A stretch of DNA of 64,000 nucleotides from Malacoraja senta (lineage: Eukaryota): positions 1 to 64,000 of the forward strand of contig CM075988.1 of assembly GCA_038087875.1 (NCBI GenBank). Reading direction: 5' to 3'. A program made the position numbers and the translations under genes. Positions 51,118-63,020 of the stretch are shown piece after piece (the stretch's first letter is position 1; each line of letters begins with the position of its first letter). The notes beneath the pieces are model-generated. The model made no database searches and was not told the origin of the DNA. It saw only the letters and a list, made by a program, of their open reading frames with translations.

Positions 51118-53301
51118 TACATCTTAACAGGCCCGTAGATGCAATGACACTCAGATATTTATGCAATGATCAATATTACAATGAATTCATATCTGTAATA
51201 CAAGACGACCATGATAATACAAAAACTAAAGTCTGTTGTTGAACCAAAGAAAGTCACAGCCCATAGTGAGATGAGGGCGATCTTGCAGAGATGTACAAGA
51301 TCATGAGAGGTATAGATAATATAAATGCACAGTGTCCAGAAGTTTAGTTTAGTTTTCTTTAGAGATACAGCACGGAAACAGGCCCTTCGGCCCACCGGGT
51401 CCGTGCCGACCAGCGATCCCCGAACACTAACACTGTCTGACACACACTAGGGACAATTTTTCATTTTCCAAGCCAATTCACCTGCAAACCGGCACGTCTT
51501 TGGAATGTGGGAGGGAATCGAAGATTTCGGAGAAAACCCACGCAGGTCACTGGGGGAGAACGTGCAAACTCCTTACAGACAGCACCCGTAGTCAGGATGG
51601 AACCCGGGTCTCCGGCGCTGCATTCGCTGTAAGGCAACAACTACCGCTGCCCCACTGTGACCGCCCCATGTGTGAAAAAAAGATCTCCATATTCATTATC
51701 ATGTATTCACAATAGACAATAGACAATAGGTGCAAGAGTAGGCCATTCGGACCTTCCAGCCAGTTTGAGTTTAGTTTATTGTCACGTGTACCGAGGTAAA
51801 CAGTGAAAAGCTTTTGCTGCGTGCTAACCAGTCAGCGGAAAGACAATACGTGATTCAACTTCACCTTGAACCTATGTCCTCAGGTCCTCGATTCCCCTAC
51901 TCTGGGCAAGGGACTGTGCATCTACCCGATCTATTCCTCTCATGATTTTGTACACCTCTATAAGATCACCCCTCATCCTCCTGCGCTCCATGGAATAGAG
52001 ACCCAGCCCTGCTCAACCTCTCCCTATAGCTCAGACCCTCGAGTCCTGGCAACATCCTCGTAAGTGTACACTTTCCAGCTTGGAGCACAGGAGGCTGAGG
52101 GATGATCTTACAAAATCCCGATGGGAATAGATGGGGTAAGTGGACACACCTTTGGAAGGCAAATAAGAAGGATTTCTTTGGTCAGAGGGTGGTGAATCTG
52201 TGGGATTCTTTGCCACAGAAGTTTGTGGAGGACAAGTCAATGGATATTTTTAAGGCAGAGATTGACAAATTCCTGATTAGTACGGGTGTCAGAGGTTATG
52301 GGGAGAAGGCAGGAGAATGGGGGTTGAGAGGGAAATATAAATCAGCCATGATTTTAATGGTGGAGTAGACTTGATGGGCCGAATGGCGGAAATTCTGCTC
52401 CTGGAACTAAGGAACATGAATATACAGAGCCTTTTACCCAGAGTGGGGGGATCAAGGAGCTTAGGGTTAAGCTGAAAGGGGATAGATTTAATAGGAATTG
52501 AGTATAGAAGTTGGGAGGTTATGTTGCAGTTGTATAAGGCATTGCTGAGACCGCATTTAGGGTATTGTGTTCAGTTCTGGGCACCGTAGAAACATAGAAA
52601 CATAGAAAATAGGTGCAGGAGGAGGCCATTCAGCCCGTCGAGCCAGCACCGCCATTCATTGTGATCATGGCTGATCGTCCCCTATCAATAACCCGTGCCT
52701 GCCTTCTCCCCATATCCCTTGACTCCACTAGCCCCTAGAGCTCTATCTAACTCTCTCTTAAATCCATCCAGTGACTTGGCCTCCACTGCCCTCTGTGGCA
52801 GGGAATTCCACAAATTCACAAGTCTCTGGGTGAAAAAGTTTCTTCTCACCTCAGTCTTAAATGACCTCCCCTTTATTCTAAGACTGTGGCCCCTGTTTCT
52901 GGACCCGCCCAACATTGTTCTGGGCTCGCCCCACATTTATAGGAAAGATGTTGTCAAGCTGGAAAAGGTGGATTTAAGGGCCATTTACAGTGCATAGATA
53001 CATGATAAGGGAATAACGTTTGGTGCAAGGTCCGATCAAGGATGAGGCACAGAGATGGTAGACAGTCAGAACCTTTTTTTTCCCAGGGTGGAAATGTCAA
53101 ATACTCGAGGGCATAGCTATAAGGTAAGAGGAGAAGCGTTTAAAGGAGATGTGCGGGGCTACTATTTTTTACATAGTGGCGGTGGAGGCAGATACGACAG
53201 TGGTGTTTAAGAGGCTTTTCGATCGGCACGTGGAAGATGCTGGGAATGGAGGGATGTGGATCATGTACAGGTCGAGGAGATTACGGTCTCGGTCTTCGAC
53301 G

Positions 53302-53610
53302 GTCACGGTGGCGCAGCGGTAGAGTTGCCGCCATACCGAATGCAGCGCCGGAGACCCGGGTCCGATCCCCGACTACGGGTGCTGACTGTACAGAGTTTGT
53401 ACGTTCTCCCCGTGAGTTTTCTCCGAGATCTTCGGTTTCCTCCCACACTCCAAAGACGTGCAGGTTTGTAGGTTAATTGGCTTGGTTCAAATGTAAATGA
53501 TCACTAGTGTGTGTCGGATGGTGTTAGTGTGCGGGGATCGCTGGTCGGCGCGGACCCGGTGGGCCGAAGGGCCTGTTTCCGCGCTGTATCTCCAAACTAA
53601 ACTAAATTAG
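53302..53610 (+). mobile_element. V-SINE (HE1-like); other copies at ~6035-6332(-), 14735-15042(+), 18815-19080(+), 24886-25200(+), 25850-26138(-), 30962-31160(+), 32465-32795(-), 46372-46682(-), 51342-51667(-)
   Basis: Same head, V-domain and tail as 33018-33352. Confidence 0.85.
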
Positions 53611-53749
53611 TTTAACTTGGCACCATATTCGGCACAGGCCAAACTCATCCGGGCCCATCTAAGCTAATCCCATTTGTCCGCATCTGGCCCATCTCCTTCT
53701 AAACCGTTCCTTTCCATATACCTGGCCAAGTCAAGTCACTTGTCAAGTC

Positions 53750-54292
53750 CAGTCACTTTTATTTCTATAGCACATTTAAACAACAACTCTCAGTGACCAA
53801 AGTGCTTTACATTGGTGGAGGTACTAACGTTATATAAACAGTGGTTCATAGATTAAGTACATACATAAATACATACATATAGCCCTCCCTCAGAGGACGT
53901 CAAGAAATGCTTGAGAGTAAAGATGAGTTTTAAGTCTCGACTTAAAGGAGTCGATGGAGGGGGCAGTTCTGATGGGAAGAGGGATGCTGTTCCACAGTCT
54001 AGGAGCTGCAACCGCAAAGGCCCGGTCGCCCCTGAGCTTATGCCTGGACCGCGGATGTTCAGTAACCCCAAGTCGGCCGATCTGAGGGACCTGGAGGTGG
54101 TGTGGTGGGTGAGCAGACTTTTGATGTAGGTGGGGGCAAGCCCGTTAAGGGCTTTGTAAAACATAAAGAAGGATCTTGAACTTTATTCGGAACCGCACAG
54201 GGAGCCAGTGTAGAGAGGCCAGGATCGGGGTGATGTGGTCCCTTTTTCGGGTGCCCGTCGGGAGTCTCGCTGCGGAGTTTTGGACCAGTTGC
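53750..54292 (-). mobile_element. L2-clade LINE 3' fragment
   Basis: YKALNGLAPTYI..RSLRSAD peptide in ORF 53853..54164. Confidence 0.75.
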
Positions 54293-56307
54293 AAGTGTCC
54301 TTCAAATGAAGTTCAAGAACTACCTCCTCTGGCAGCTCACTCCATGAACCCACCATTCTCTGTGTGAACATTCCCCCACAGATTCCTATTTAATCTTTCC
54401 CCTTTTACCTTAATTGGCCTCTGATTCTTGATTCCCCTGCTCTGGGTAAAAGATTATGTGCAATCACTCTCCATAGGTCCATAAGTTCTAGGAGCAGAAT
54501 CAGGCCATTCGGCCCATCAAGTCTACTCCACCACACAATCATGGCTGATCTATCTCTCCCTCTCAACCCCATTCTCCTGCCTCCTCCACATAACCCCATG
54601 ACACCCGTACCAATCAAGAATTCTTTGCCACAGAAGGTTACGGAGGCCAAGTCAATGGATATTTTTTAAGGCAGGGATAGATACTGTGGACCTTATGACC
54701 TTATGATATCAATAATAGTCGTAGAGTCATCGAGTGATACAGTGTGGAACCAGGCCTTTCGGCCCAACTTGCCCACACCGGCCAACAATGTCCCAGCTAC
54801 ACTAGTCCCACCTGCCTGCACTTGGTCCATATCCCTCCAAATCCTAATATCTGTGGAATTCTATGCCACAGAAGGCAGTGGAGGCCAAATCATTGGATAT
54901 TTCAAGAGAGAGTTAGATTTAGCTCTTACTGTATGGCAAATGGTAGCTCTTTCTTCCCAAAAACCCTTTCTGGCTTAAGTCCTCCCTCCACCACCTCCAG
55001 TTTAAATTCCATTTGGAATATTTTGGAGGACCAAGAAACCAAGAACCAAGAAGAAAATGGAATCAAGGGATATGGGGAAAAAGCAGGAACGGGGTACTGA
55101 GTTTGGATGATCAGCCATGATCATATTGAATGGCCTACTCCTGCACCTATTTTTCTATGTTTCTAAATCTGTCCTATCCATGTACCAGCCTAACCATTCC
55201 TTAAACGGTGGGGTAGTCCCTGCCTCAACTACCTCTTGTTCCATACACCCACCACCCTTTTGAGTGAAAAAGTTACCCCCTCAGATTGCCATTTAGTACG
55301 GAGACGAGGAAACACTTTTCCACACAGAGACTTGTGAATCTGTGGAATTCTCTGCCTCAGAGGGAGGTGGAGGCGGGTTCTCTGGATGCTTTCAAGAGAG
55401 AGCTAGATAGGGCTCTTGAAGATAGCGGAGTCAGGGGATATGGGGAGAAGGCAGGAACGGGGTACTGATTGGGGATGATCAGCTCATTAAATGGCAGTGC
55501 TGGCTCTCGCAGGGCCGAATGGCCTACTCCTGCACCTGTTGTCTATAAATGCCACCCCTCAGATTCCTAGCTCTAGGTAGTTCGGAGCCTATTTGGAGGT
55601 TGTAGTGTTTAACAGCATGGTGACTGCAGGGTAGATGCTGTTCCTGAACCAGTTTTCAGACTCTGGGTTTAAACCAGCATCTGCAGTTCCTTCCCATATA
55701 TTCCCTTTACAAAGGAGCTGACTTGATACCAATCGTTCGTTGATGCAAGCTGTTAATTTTAGCTGTGGCGTCTCGCCTGTAAAGCAATACGTCTGTCTAT
55801 ATTTAGTGAGCATTGCTCTGCAGGTCCCGGGGCCAGTGTGTGGGATGGAGCTGGAGGTTGGTGGTTTAAACCCCATATGGACACACAAATGCTGGAGGAA
55901 CTCAGCGGGACAGGCAGGCAGCATCTGTGGAGGGAAGGACTGGGCGACGTTTCAGTCGAGACCCCCCCTCTTCAGACCTGAATGTTTAAGAAAGATCTGC
56001 AGATGCTGGGGAAAAATAATCTTTGGTCTACCTTCTTCAGACCGATGTCAGGGGAGAGGGGGATATACATAGATAAGGAAGTGTCAGGTGTGAAAACAGG
56101 GCAAAGGAGGGAAGGGAGCAAGGAAGGTGTAGAATTGGTCGTTGTTAAGCTGCGAGACGGTAACATGTAGTCGGAGACGGTCAGAGACTGGTGGGGGGGG
56201 GATGGAGAGAGAGAGAGAGAGAGATAGAGGAGGAAGCAAGGGAAGTTAGAGAAGTCAGTGGTATATGAGGAGCTGGGAGCAGTGGGGCTGGGCTCAGCCT
56301 GACTTAC

Positions 56308-56395
56308 CATGGAAGGTCACCCCGCAATAGGCGTCGCTGATGTCCTGCTCGATAATCTGCAGCCTCTCGGCACCAAGGACGAAGACCCGCAGCAT
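56308..56395 (-). CDS. DYSF: Dysferlin first coding exon, canonical C2A variant (MLRVFVLGAERLQIIEQDISDAYCGVTFH-G)
   Basis: Manual minus-strand translation from ATG at 56395 (A at -3). 88 coding nt end in a phase-1 donor G|GTAAGT. The peptide resembles human dysferlin exon 1 as I recall it ([30 protein letters not shown]) and joins exon 2 in frame. Confidence 0.93.
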
Positions 56396-56469
56396 ACTGA
56401 GCCGGTACTGACACAGATACAGCAGTGCCTGCACTCACTCACTCACCCACCACCGCCTCTGCCGCTGCC

Positions 56470-57178
56470 CGCACTGTCTCCACCCCTCTCACCCCTCTCC
56501 CTATCCCCCTCCCTCCCTCCCTCTCTCTATCCTTCCCTGCCCCTCCCCTCTCTCTTCCCCTCTCCGCCTCTCCCTGCTTTCTCTCTATCCCCCCCTCTCT
56601 CTCTCTCTCTCTCTCTCTATCCCCCCCTCTCGTCCCTCCCTCTCTCCCTCCGTCTGTCCCTGCTTTCTCTCCATTTCCCCCTCTCTTTACCTCTCTCTTT
56701 ACCTCCCTCTCTCTTTCCCTATCTCTCCCCCCTCCCCCTCTCTCTCCCCTCCCTCTCTCTACCCCCTTTCTCTCCCCTCCCTCTCTCTACCCCCTCTCTC
56801 TACCCCCTTTCTCTCCCCCTCCCTCTCTCTACCCCCTCTCTCTACCCCCTTTCTCTCCCCTCCCTCTCTCTACCCCCTTTCTCTCCCCTCCCTCTCTCTA
56901 CCCCCTCTCTCTACCCCTTTCTCTCCCCTCCCTCTCTCTCCCCTCCCTCTCTCTCCCCTCCCTCTCTGTCCATCTCTCCCTCCCTGCTTCTCTCTCTCTC
57001 TCTGACAGTCGCTGCCCTCTCTGTCCCTCCTTCTCTGCCCCCTCTCTCCCTCTCTCCCCTCCCTCTCAGCCTGTCCTTGTCCCCTCTCTCTTCTCCCCCC
57101 TCCCTCCGTCCCTCTCTCCCTCTCTCCCTCTTTATCCTGCGCCTCCTTCTCTCTCTCCTTTCCTTTCAATCCTTCATT

Positions 57179-57224
<46 letters not shown>

Positions 57225-57775
57225 GCATCTCCATCTCTTTGTCCCTGACTTTCCCTCCACCCCCTTATCTCTCTCTCCCCCCCTCCTCTTCCTCCCTCCC
57301 TCCCCTTCTCCCTCTCTCCCTCCCTCCCCCCTTCTCTCTCTCCCAACCTGCCCCTCCCTCTCTCTCTCAGCCCCCTCCTATCTATTCTCTCCCCTCTCTC
57401 CCCCACTCTATAACTTTCCCTCTCCTCCCACTTTCCTCTTTCCCTTTCTGCCCTCTCTTTTCTCTTTGCTTCCACACTCCCTCTATCCTGTCATTCTCTT
57501 TCATTCTATCTCTCTCCTCTCTCTCTCTCTTTCCTTCCTCTATTCTGCCTTTCTCTTTTCTTTTCATTCTTTCTCTCGCTACCTTTTCCTTTCCCCCTTT
57601 TTCCCCTTCTCTCTTTCATTAATTTCCTCCCCCCCCCCTCCCTCTCCCTCTCCCTCTCCCTTCTGCCCTGCCTCGTTCCCCCTCTTTAAAACTCTTATGT
57701 CCTACCCCCCATGGTCTTTCCTCTCTCTGCCTCTCTCCCCCCTCCTCTCCTCTCTGCACCCCCCCCCCCCCTGCC
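56470..57775. repeat. ~1.3-kb polypyrimidine/polypurine (CT/GA) low-complexity tract immediately upstream of DYSF exon 1
   Basis: Nearly all C/T on the plus strand, including (CT)n runs. Confidence 0.95.
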
Positions 57776-59273
57776 TACAGAAACAGTGGAGAGGATTTGA
57801 CAGGGAACTTGCGCTAATGCAGTCAGTATTCGGACTGGGCATTGATCCAGTCCATCTGACACTGATTATGGGCAGACTATCCCATTATCGATCTAGCCTG
57901 CGGATATCTCTGTCTCATCTTCACTATGTCTCAGCAAATTAACAGAGAGACTTGCCAGGATGTTGCCAGGACTCGAGGGCCTGAGATACAGGGAGAGAGG
58001 TTGGTTAGGCTAGGACCTTATTCACCGAGAGATACAGCGTGGAAACAGGCCCTTCGGCCCAACTTGCCCACACCGTCCAACATGTCCCATCTACACCAGT
58101 CCCACCTGCCTGCATTTGGTCCATATCCCTCCAAACCTGTCCTAATCATGTACCTGTTCAAATTGTTTCTTAAACATTGGGATAGTCCCTGCCTCAACTA
58201 CCTCCTCTGGCAGCTCGTTCCATACACCCACCACCCTTTGTGTGAGAAAAATGTTACCCCTCAGATTCCTATTAAATCTTTTCCCCTTCAGTTTATCAGT
58301 TTAGTTCAGTTTATTGTCACGTGTACCGAGGTACAGTGAAAAGCTTTTATTGAGTGCTAACCAGTCAGCGGAAAGACAATACATGATTTACCTTCACCTT
58401 GAACCTATGTCCTCTTGTCCTCGATTCCCCTTCTCTGGGCAAGAGACTCTGTGCATCTACCCGATCTATTCCTCTCATGATTTTATACACCTAATATAGA
58501 AACATTGAAAATAGGTACAGGAGGAGGCCATTCGGCCCTTCGAGCCAGTACCGCCATTCATTGTGATCATGGCTGATCGTCCCCTATCAATAACCCGTGC
58601 CTGCCTTCTCCCCATATCCCTTGACTCCACTAGCCCCTAGAGCTCTATCTAACTCTCTCTTAAATCCATCCAGTGACTTGGCCTCCACTGCCCTCTGTGG
58701 CAGGGAATTCCACAAATTCACAACTGTCTGGGTGAAAAAGTTTTTTCTCACCTCAGTCTTAAATGGCCTCCCCTTTACACCTCCATAGGATTCCCCCTCA
58801 TCCTCCTGTGCTCCATGGACCCAGCCTGCTCAACCTCTCCCTGTAGCTTAAACCCTCGAGTCCAGGCAACATCCTCGTAAGTCTTCTCTGTACACTTTCC
58901 AGCTCGGAGCACAGGAGGCTGAGGGATGATCTTATAAAGGTGTATAAAATCATGATGGGAACAGATGGGGTAAGTGGACACACCTTTAGAAGGCAGATAC
59001 GGAGGAATTTCTTTGTTCAGAGGGTGGTGAATCTGTGGAATTCTTTGCCACAGAAGGCTGTGGAGGTCCAGTCAATGGATATTTTTAAGGCGGAGATTGA
59101 CAAATTCTTGATTAGTACAGGTGTTAGAGGTTATGAGGTTCTTTGCCTCAGAGGGCGGTGCAGGCCGGTTCCCTGGATGCTTTCAAGAGAGAGTTAGATA
59201 GGGGTCTTAAAGATAGCAGAATCAGGGGATATGGGGAGAAGGCAGGAATGGGGTACTGATTGCGGATGATCAG

Positions 59274-60166
59274 TCGAGCCAGGATTTTGCCATGTGCCTT
59301 TTCATGCCTTTTTCGATGATTTCACCAGGATAATGCCTTTTTCACGCTCGAGTGCCTAAATCAGCCTTTTTTTGCCGTTTTGTTAAAAGGTCGTGCTATT
59401 TCCTCTAGTTTACCATCAATACAATGATGTTTTCTATGTTACGTTAATATTAATGTTATTATTAACATGTTAACAAACTATAAATTACAAGAATATTTCC
59501 ACCACCGGGGCGAAACCGGGGACGCCACCGTCGGTCGTTTACACGTTCGTGCCGCTGCCCGCTGCTTCAGTCTTCCCCAAAATCTATTTATTGCTTCCAA
59601 TTTTGCAAACTTCCCACAAGCTTTCACTTCCCTTGAGAAACGTGGCGAAACATTAGTGAATGACTTTCAGGATTTCAACAAAGCAACTGACGATATTCGT
59701 AAAGTTCCTGGCGATGTAGGTAAAGACATACAAGGAAAATGTGAGAGAGTGATTTTAGCTAACAAAGAATTTGAAGAAATACAAAACATAGCTAAAATTC
59801 TCAAAGGTAGTTGTAATGCACAAGATATCAACATGAATATAGAGTCTGTAGCTTGTTTCGGGTATGCACCAGTGACCTCAGCTGAGGTAGAAAGAGGTTT
59901 TTCACAACTGAAGCATATTCTGTCTGACAGACGGCATAATTTAACACCAGACAATTTGGAAAAAGTGCAACTAGGCAACTTTGGTCATTTAATGCAGTAT
60001 ATCTTTATATTATCATTTTTAACCATATTTTGGTGGTGGAAATACATGCTTTTTTGTGCCTTTTTTTTGTCAATAAATGCCTTTTTTCATGGCTTTTTTG
60101 ACATTTTATTTTGCCTTTTTGCCTGCCTATTTCAGAGCTTTTTAGTGCCTAAACATCCTGGCTCTA
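59274..60166 (+). mobile_element. Internally deleted hAT DNA transposon with transposase C-terminal remnant
   Basis: 8-bp TSD atgatcag (59266-59273, 60167-60174); TIR tcgagccaggat / atcctggctcta; ORF 59467..60180 contains APVTSAEVERGFSQLKHILSDRRHNL (hAT dimerisation-type motif). Inserted in a CR1 3'UTR. Confidence 0.88.
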
Positions 60167-60354
60167 ATGATCAGCTATGAACACATTGAATGGCGGTGCT
60201 GGCTCGAAGGGCCGAATGGCCAACTCCTGCACCTATTGTCTATTGTCTCAGGCAGGAAAATGGGGTTGAGAGGGAAAGATAGAACATCCATGATTTAATG
60301 GTGCGGTAGACTTGATGGGCCGAATAGCCTTTGGACAGCCTGTTAGGCAGTGAA

Positions 60355-61600
60355 CTCTTCCACATCGGTGAGACCAAATGTAGACTGGACGATTGTTTAG
60401 CTGAACACCTCCGCTCAGTCCGCCTGAACCTACCTGATCTCCCGGTTGCTCAGCACTTCAACTCCCCTCCCGTTCCCAATCGGACCTTTCTGTCCTGGGC
60501 CTCCTCCACTGTCAGGGGAGGAGGCCCAGAGATCCCGCTGAGTCATTCCAGCATTTTGTGTCTATCTTCAGTATGAATATTGATTTCTCTATCTTCATGT
60601 AACCCTTGCATCCCTTCTCTCTCTGTCCCTCCCCCACCCAAGTTGCGTCAGCTTCAAAGTCATCTTGTTGAGTCTCATTGTCTGTAACCCGTTTTCACCT
60701 AGCCCACAGCTAACAATGGCCTGTTTCCTTCATCATTGTTACTTTTTTGCATATCTTTCATTCATTTGTTCTATATCTCTCCACATCACCATCTATATCT
60801 CTCGGTTCCCTCTCCCCCGACTCTCAGTCTGAAGAAGGGTCTCGACCCGAAACATCACCAATGCCTGTTCTCCAGAGATGCTGCCTGTCCCGCTGAGTTA
60901 CCCCAGCTTTTTGCGTCTGGTCTTCGGGATGATGGACAATATGGTTTTGCAACAGAGTACTGGCATCCACTACCCTACTCTGTATTTTGAATAAGGGATG
61001 TTAGATTTCCTCGGCTTAATTAAGTTTAGATTCACGCGTCACATTTGTCGGCACTGGGCCTGTACTCGCTGGAGTTTAGAAGAATGAGGGGGGGGGGGAC
61101 CTCATTGAAACTTACCCCATAGTGAAAGGCTTGGATAGAGTGGATGTGGAGAGGATGTTTCCACTAGTTGGAGAGTCTAGGACTAGAGGTTATAGCCTCA
61201 GAATGAAGGACGGAGATGATGTATTCGGTGTAAACCAGCAGCTGCAGTTCCTTCCTACACGGTATGAATATTGATTTCTCTAGCTACAAGTAACCCTTGC
61301 GTCCCCTCTCTCTCCGCCCCTCCCCCACCCAAGTCGTTGTACGAGTTTCTAAGTCATCTTGTTGAGTCTCATTGTCTGTAACCCGTTTTCACCTCGCCCA
61401 CTGCTAACAAAGGCCTGTTTCCTTCATCATCGTTACTTTCTTGCAGATCTTTCATTCATTTGTTCTATATCTCTCTACATCACCGTCTATATCTCTCGTT
61501 TCCCTCTCCCCCGACTCTCAGTCTGAAGAAGGTCTCGGCCCACTGAGTTACTCCAGCACTTTGTGTATATAATCGTACCAGCATCTGCAGTTCTTTCCTA
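60355..61600 (+). mobile_element. Degenerate Penelope-like 3' end with tandemly duplicated pseudo-LTR
   Basis: HIGETKCRL..AEHLRSV remnant; ~60570-60910 and ~61262-61570 are near-identical direct copies, each reaching a ctgaagaagg motif. Confidence 0.7.
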
Positions 61601-62184
61601 CGTACATGCCCCCACCTACTTTGGTCCCATTTGCCTGCGTTTGGCCCACACCGCATGGAACACGACAACTGGGCAACAGCCACAGCTGTGGGAGTGCGGT
61701 TATTCTCGCTTCTTGCTTTGCCCGACTACCACTCTGTTTGCTTGTCATCAGACAATGACTGCGTTTATCGATGGCTCAGTTCCTGCTGAGTCAGCCTAGT
61801 CTGCTGCATGACACACACACACACACACAGTTAAAGAACAATGGCCTTCTCACACCACAATAGAGGCATAGAGTGATACAGTGTGGAAACAGGCCCTTCA
61901 GCCCAACTCGCCCACAACTGGCCCAACAATGTCCCATCTACACTAGTCATAGAGTGATATAGAGTGTGGAAACAGGCCCTTCGGCCCAACTTGCCCACAC
62001 CGACTAACATGTCTCAGCTACACTAGTCATCGAATGATACAGTGCAGAAATAGGCCCTTCAGCCCAACTTGCCCACACTGGCCCATCTACACTAGTGATA
62101 GAGTGATACAGTGTGGAAACAGGCTCTTCAGCCCAACTTGCCCAGCGACACTAGTCATAGAGTGATACAGTGTGGAAACGGCCT

Positions 62185-62238
62185 GGGGTGGAAGATTGCA
62201 ACCTTCACGTGGTCCGCCCTGTTTCGACGAATGCAATC
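62185..62238 (+). ncRNA. Minimal HDV-like (CPEB3-like) self-cleaving ribozyme motif
   Basis: P1 GGGGUGG/CCGCCCU with G1-U wobble; P2 GAUUGCA/UGCAAUC; P3 ACC/GGU; L3 UUCACGU; GU after P1; vestigial P4 (UUCG); J4/2 CGAA with candidate catalytic C at 62228. Confidence 0.85.
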
Positions 62239-62330
62239 AACCTGGTGTGCACAATCAAATAAGATCAAATAGAACAAGTTGTCCTACAACTTTAGGCTGT
62301 GCACGCCATACGCAAGAAGAAGAAGAAGAA
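62185..62330 (+). mobile_element. Short non-autonomous retroelement (ribozyme head + Vingi/Ingi-like LINE 3' end + (AAG)n tail)
   Basis: Starts exactly at ribozyme G1. 62284-62317 matches 14227-14260 at 32/34 nt. Flanked by an imperfect duplication gaaacggcct / gaaacagggcct of the host repeat. Confidence 0.8.
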
Positions 62331-63020
62331 ACAGGGCCTACGGCCCAACTTGCCCACACCGACTAACAATGTCCCATCTACACTAGTCCCACCTGCCCAT
62401 GTTTGGTACATTTCCCTCCAAACATGTCCTATCCATGTACCTGTCTAACTGTTCCTTAAACGTTGGGATAGTCCCAGCCTCAACTACCTCCTCTGGCAGC
62501 TCGTTCCATACACCCACCATCTGTCTGAAAAAGTTACCCCTCTGATTCCTTGAATCTTTTCCCCTTCAACTTGAACCTATGTCCTCTGGTCCTCGATTCC
62601 CCTACTCTGGGCAAGAGACTCTGTGCATCTACCCGATCTATTCCTCTCATGATTTTATACACCTCATCCGCCTTTTCATCCTACACTCCAAAGACGTACA
62701 AGTTTGTAGGTTTAAGTTTAAGGGGGACAGATTTAATAGGAATCTGAGGGGTAACTTTTTCACACAGAGGGTGGTGGGTGTATGGAACGAGCTGCCAGAG
62801 GAGATAGTTGGGACTATCCCAACATTTAAGAAACAGTTAGACAGGTACATGGACAGGACAGGTTTAGAGGGATATGGACCAAGTCAAGAGTGTTTTATTG
62901 TCATATGTCCCGGATGGGACAATGAAATTCTTACTTGCTGCAGCACAACAGAATTTGTGAATATGTAAACATAGTGCATAAAGGGGGAAGAGAAAAAAAA
63001 AGTTCAATAAATAGCAAATA

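Larger units (their letters stand above)
61865..62400 (-). repeat. Tandem reiteration (5-6 copies, ~60-80 bp) of a CR1-type LINE 3' terminus
   Basis: Repeated catagagtgatacagtgtggaaacaggcccttc.gcccaacttgcccacac...ctacactagt. Confidence 0.8.

Noticed and set aside
56309..57942. Long Pro/Ser/Leu-rich ORFs (437 and 505 aa) and Arg/Glu-rich antisense ORFs
   Set aside because: Artefacts of the CT low-complexity tract; the real exon here is on the minus strand.
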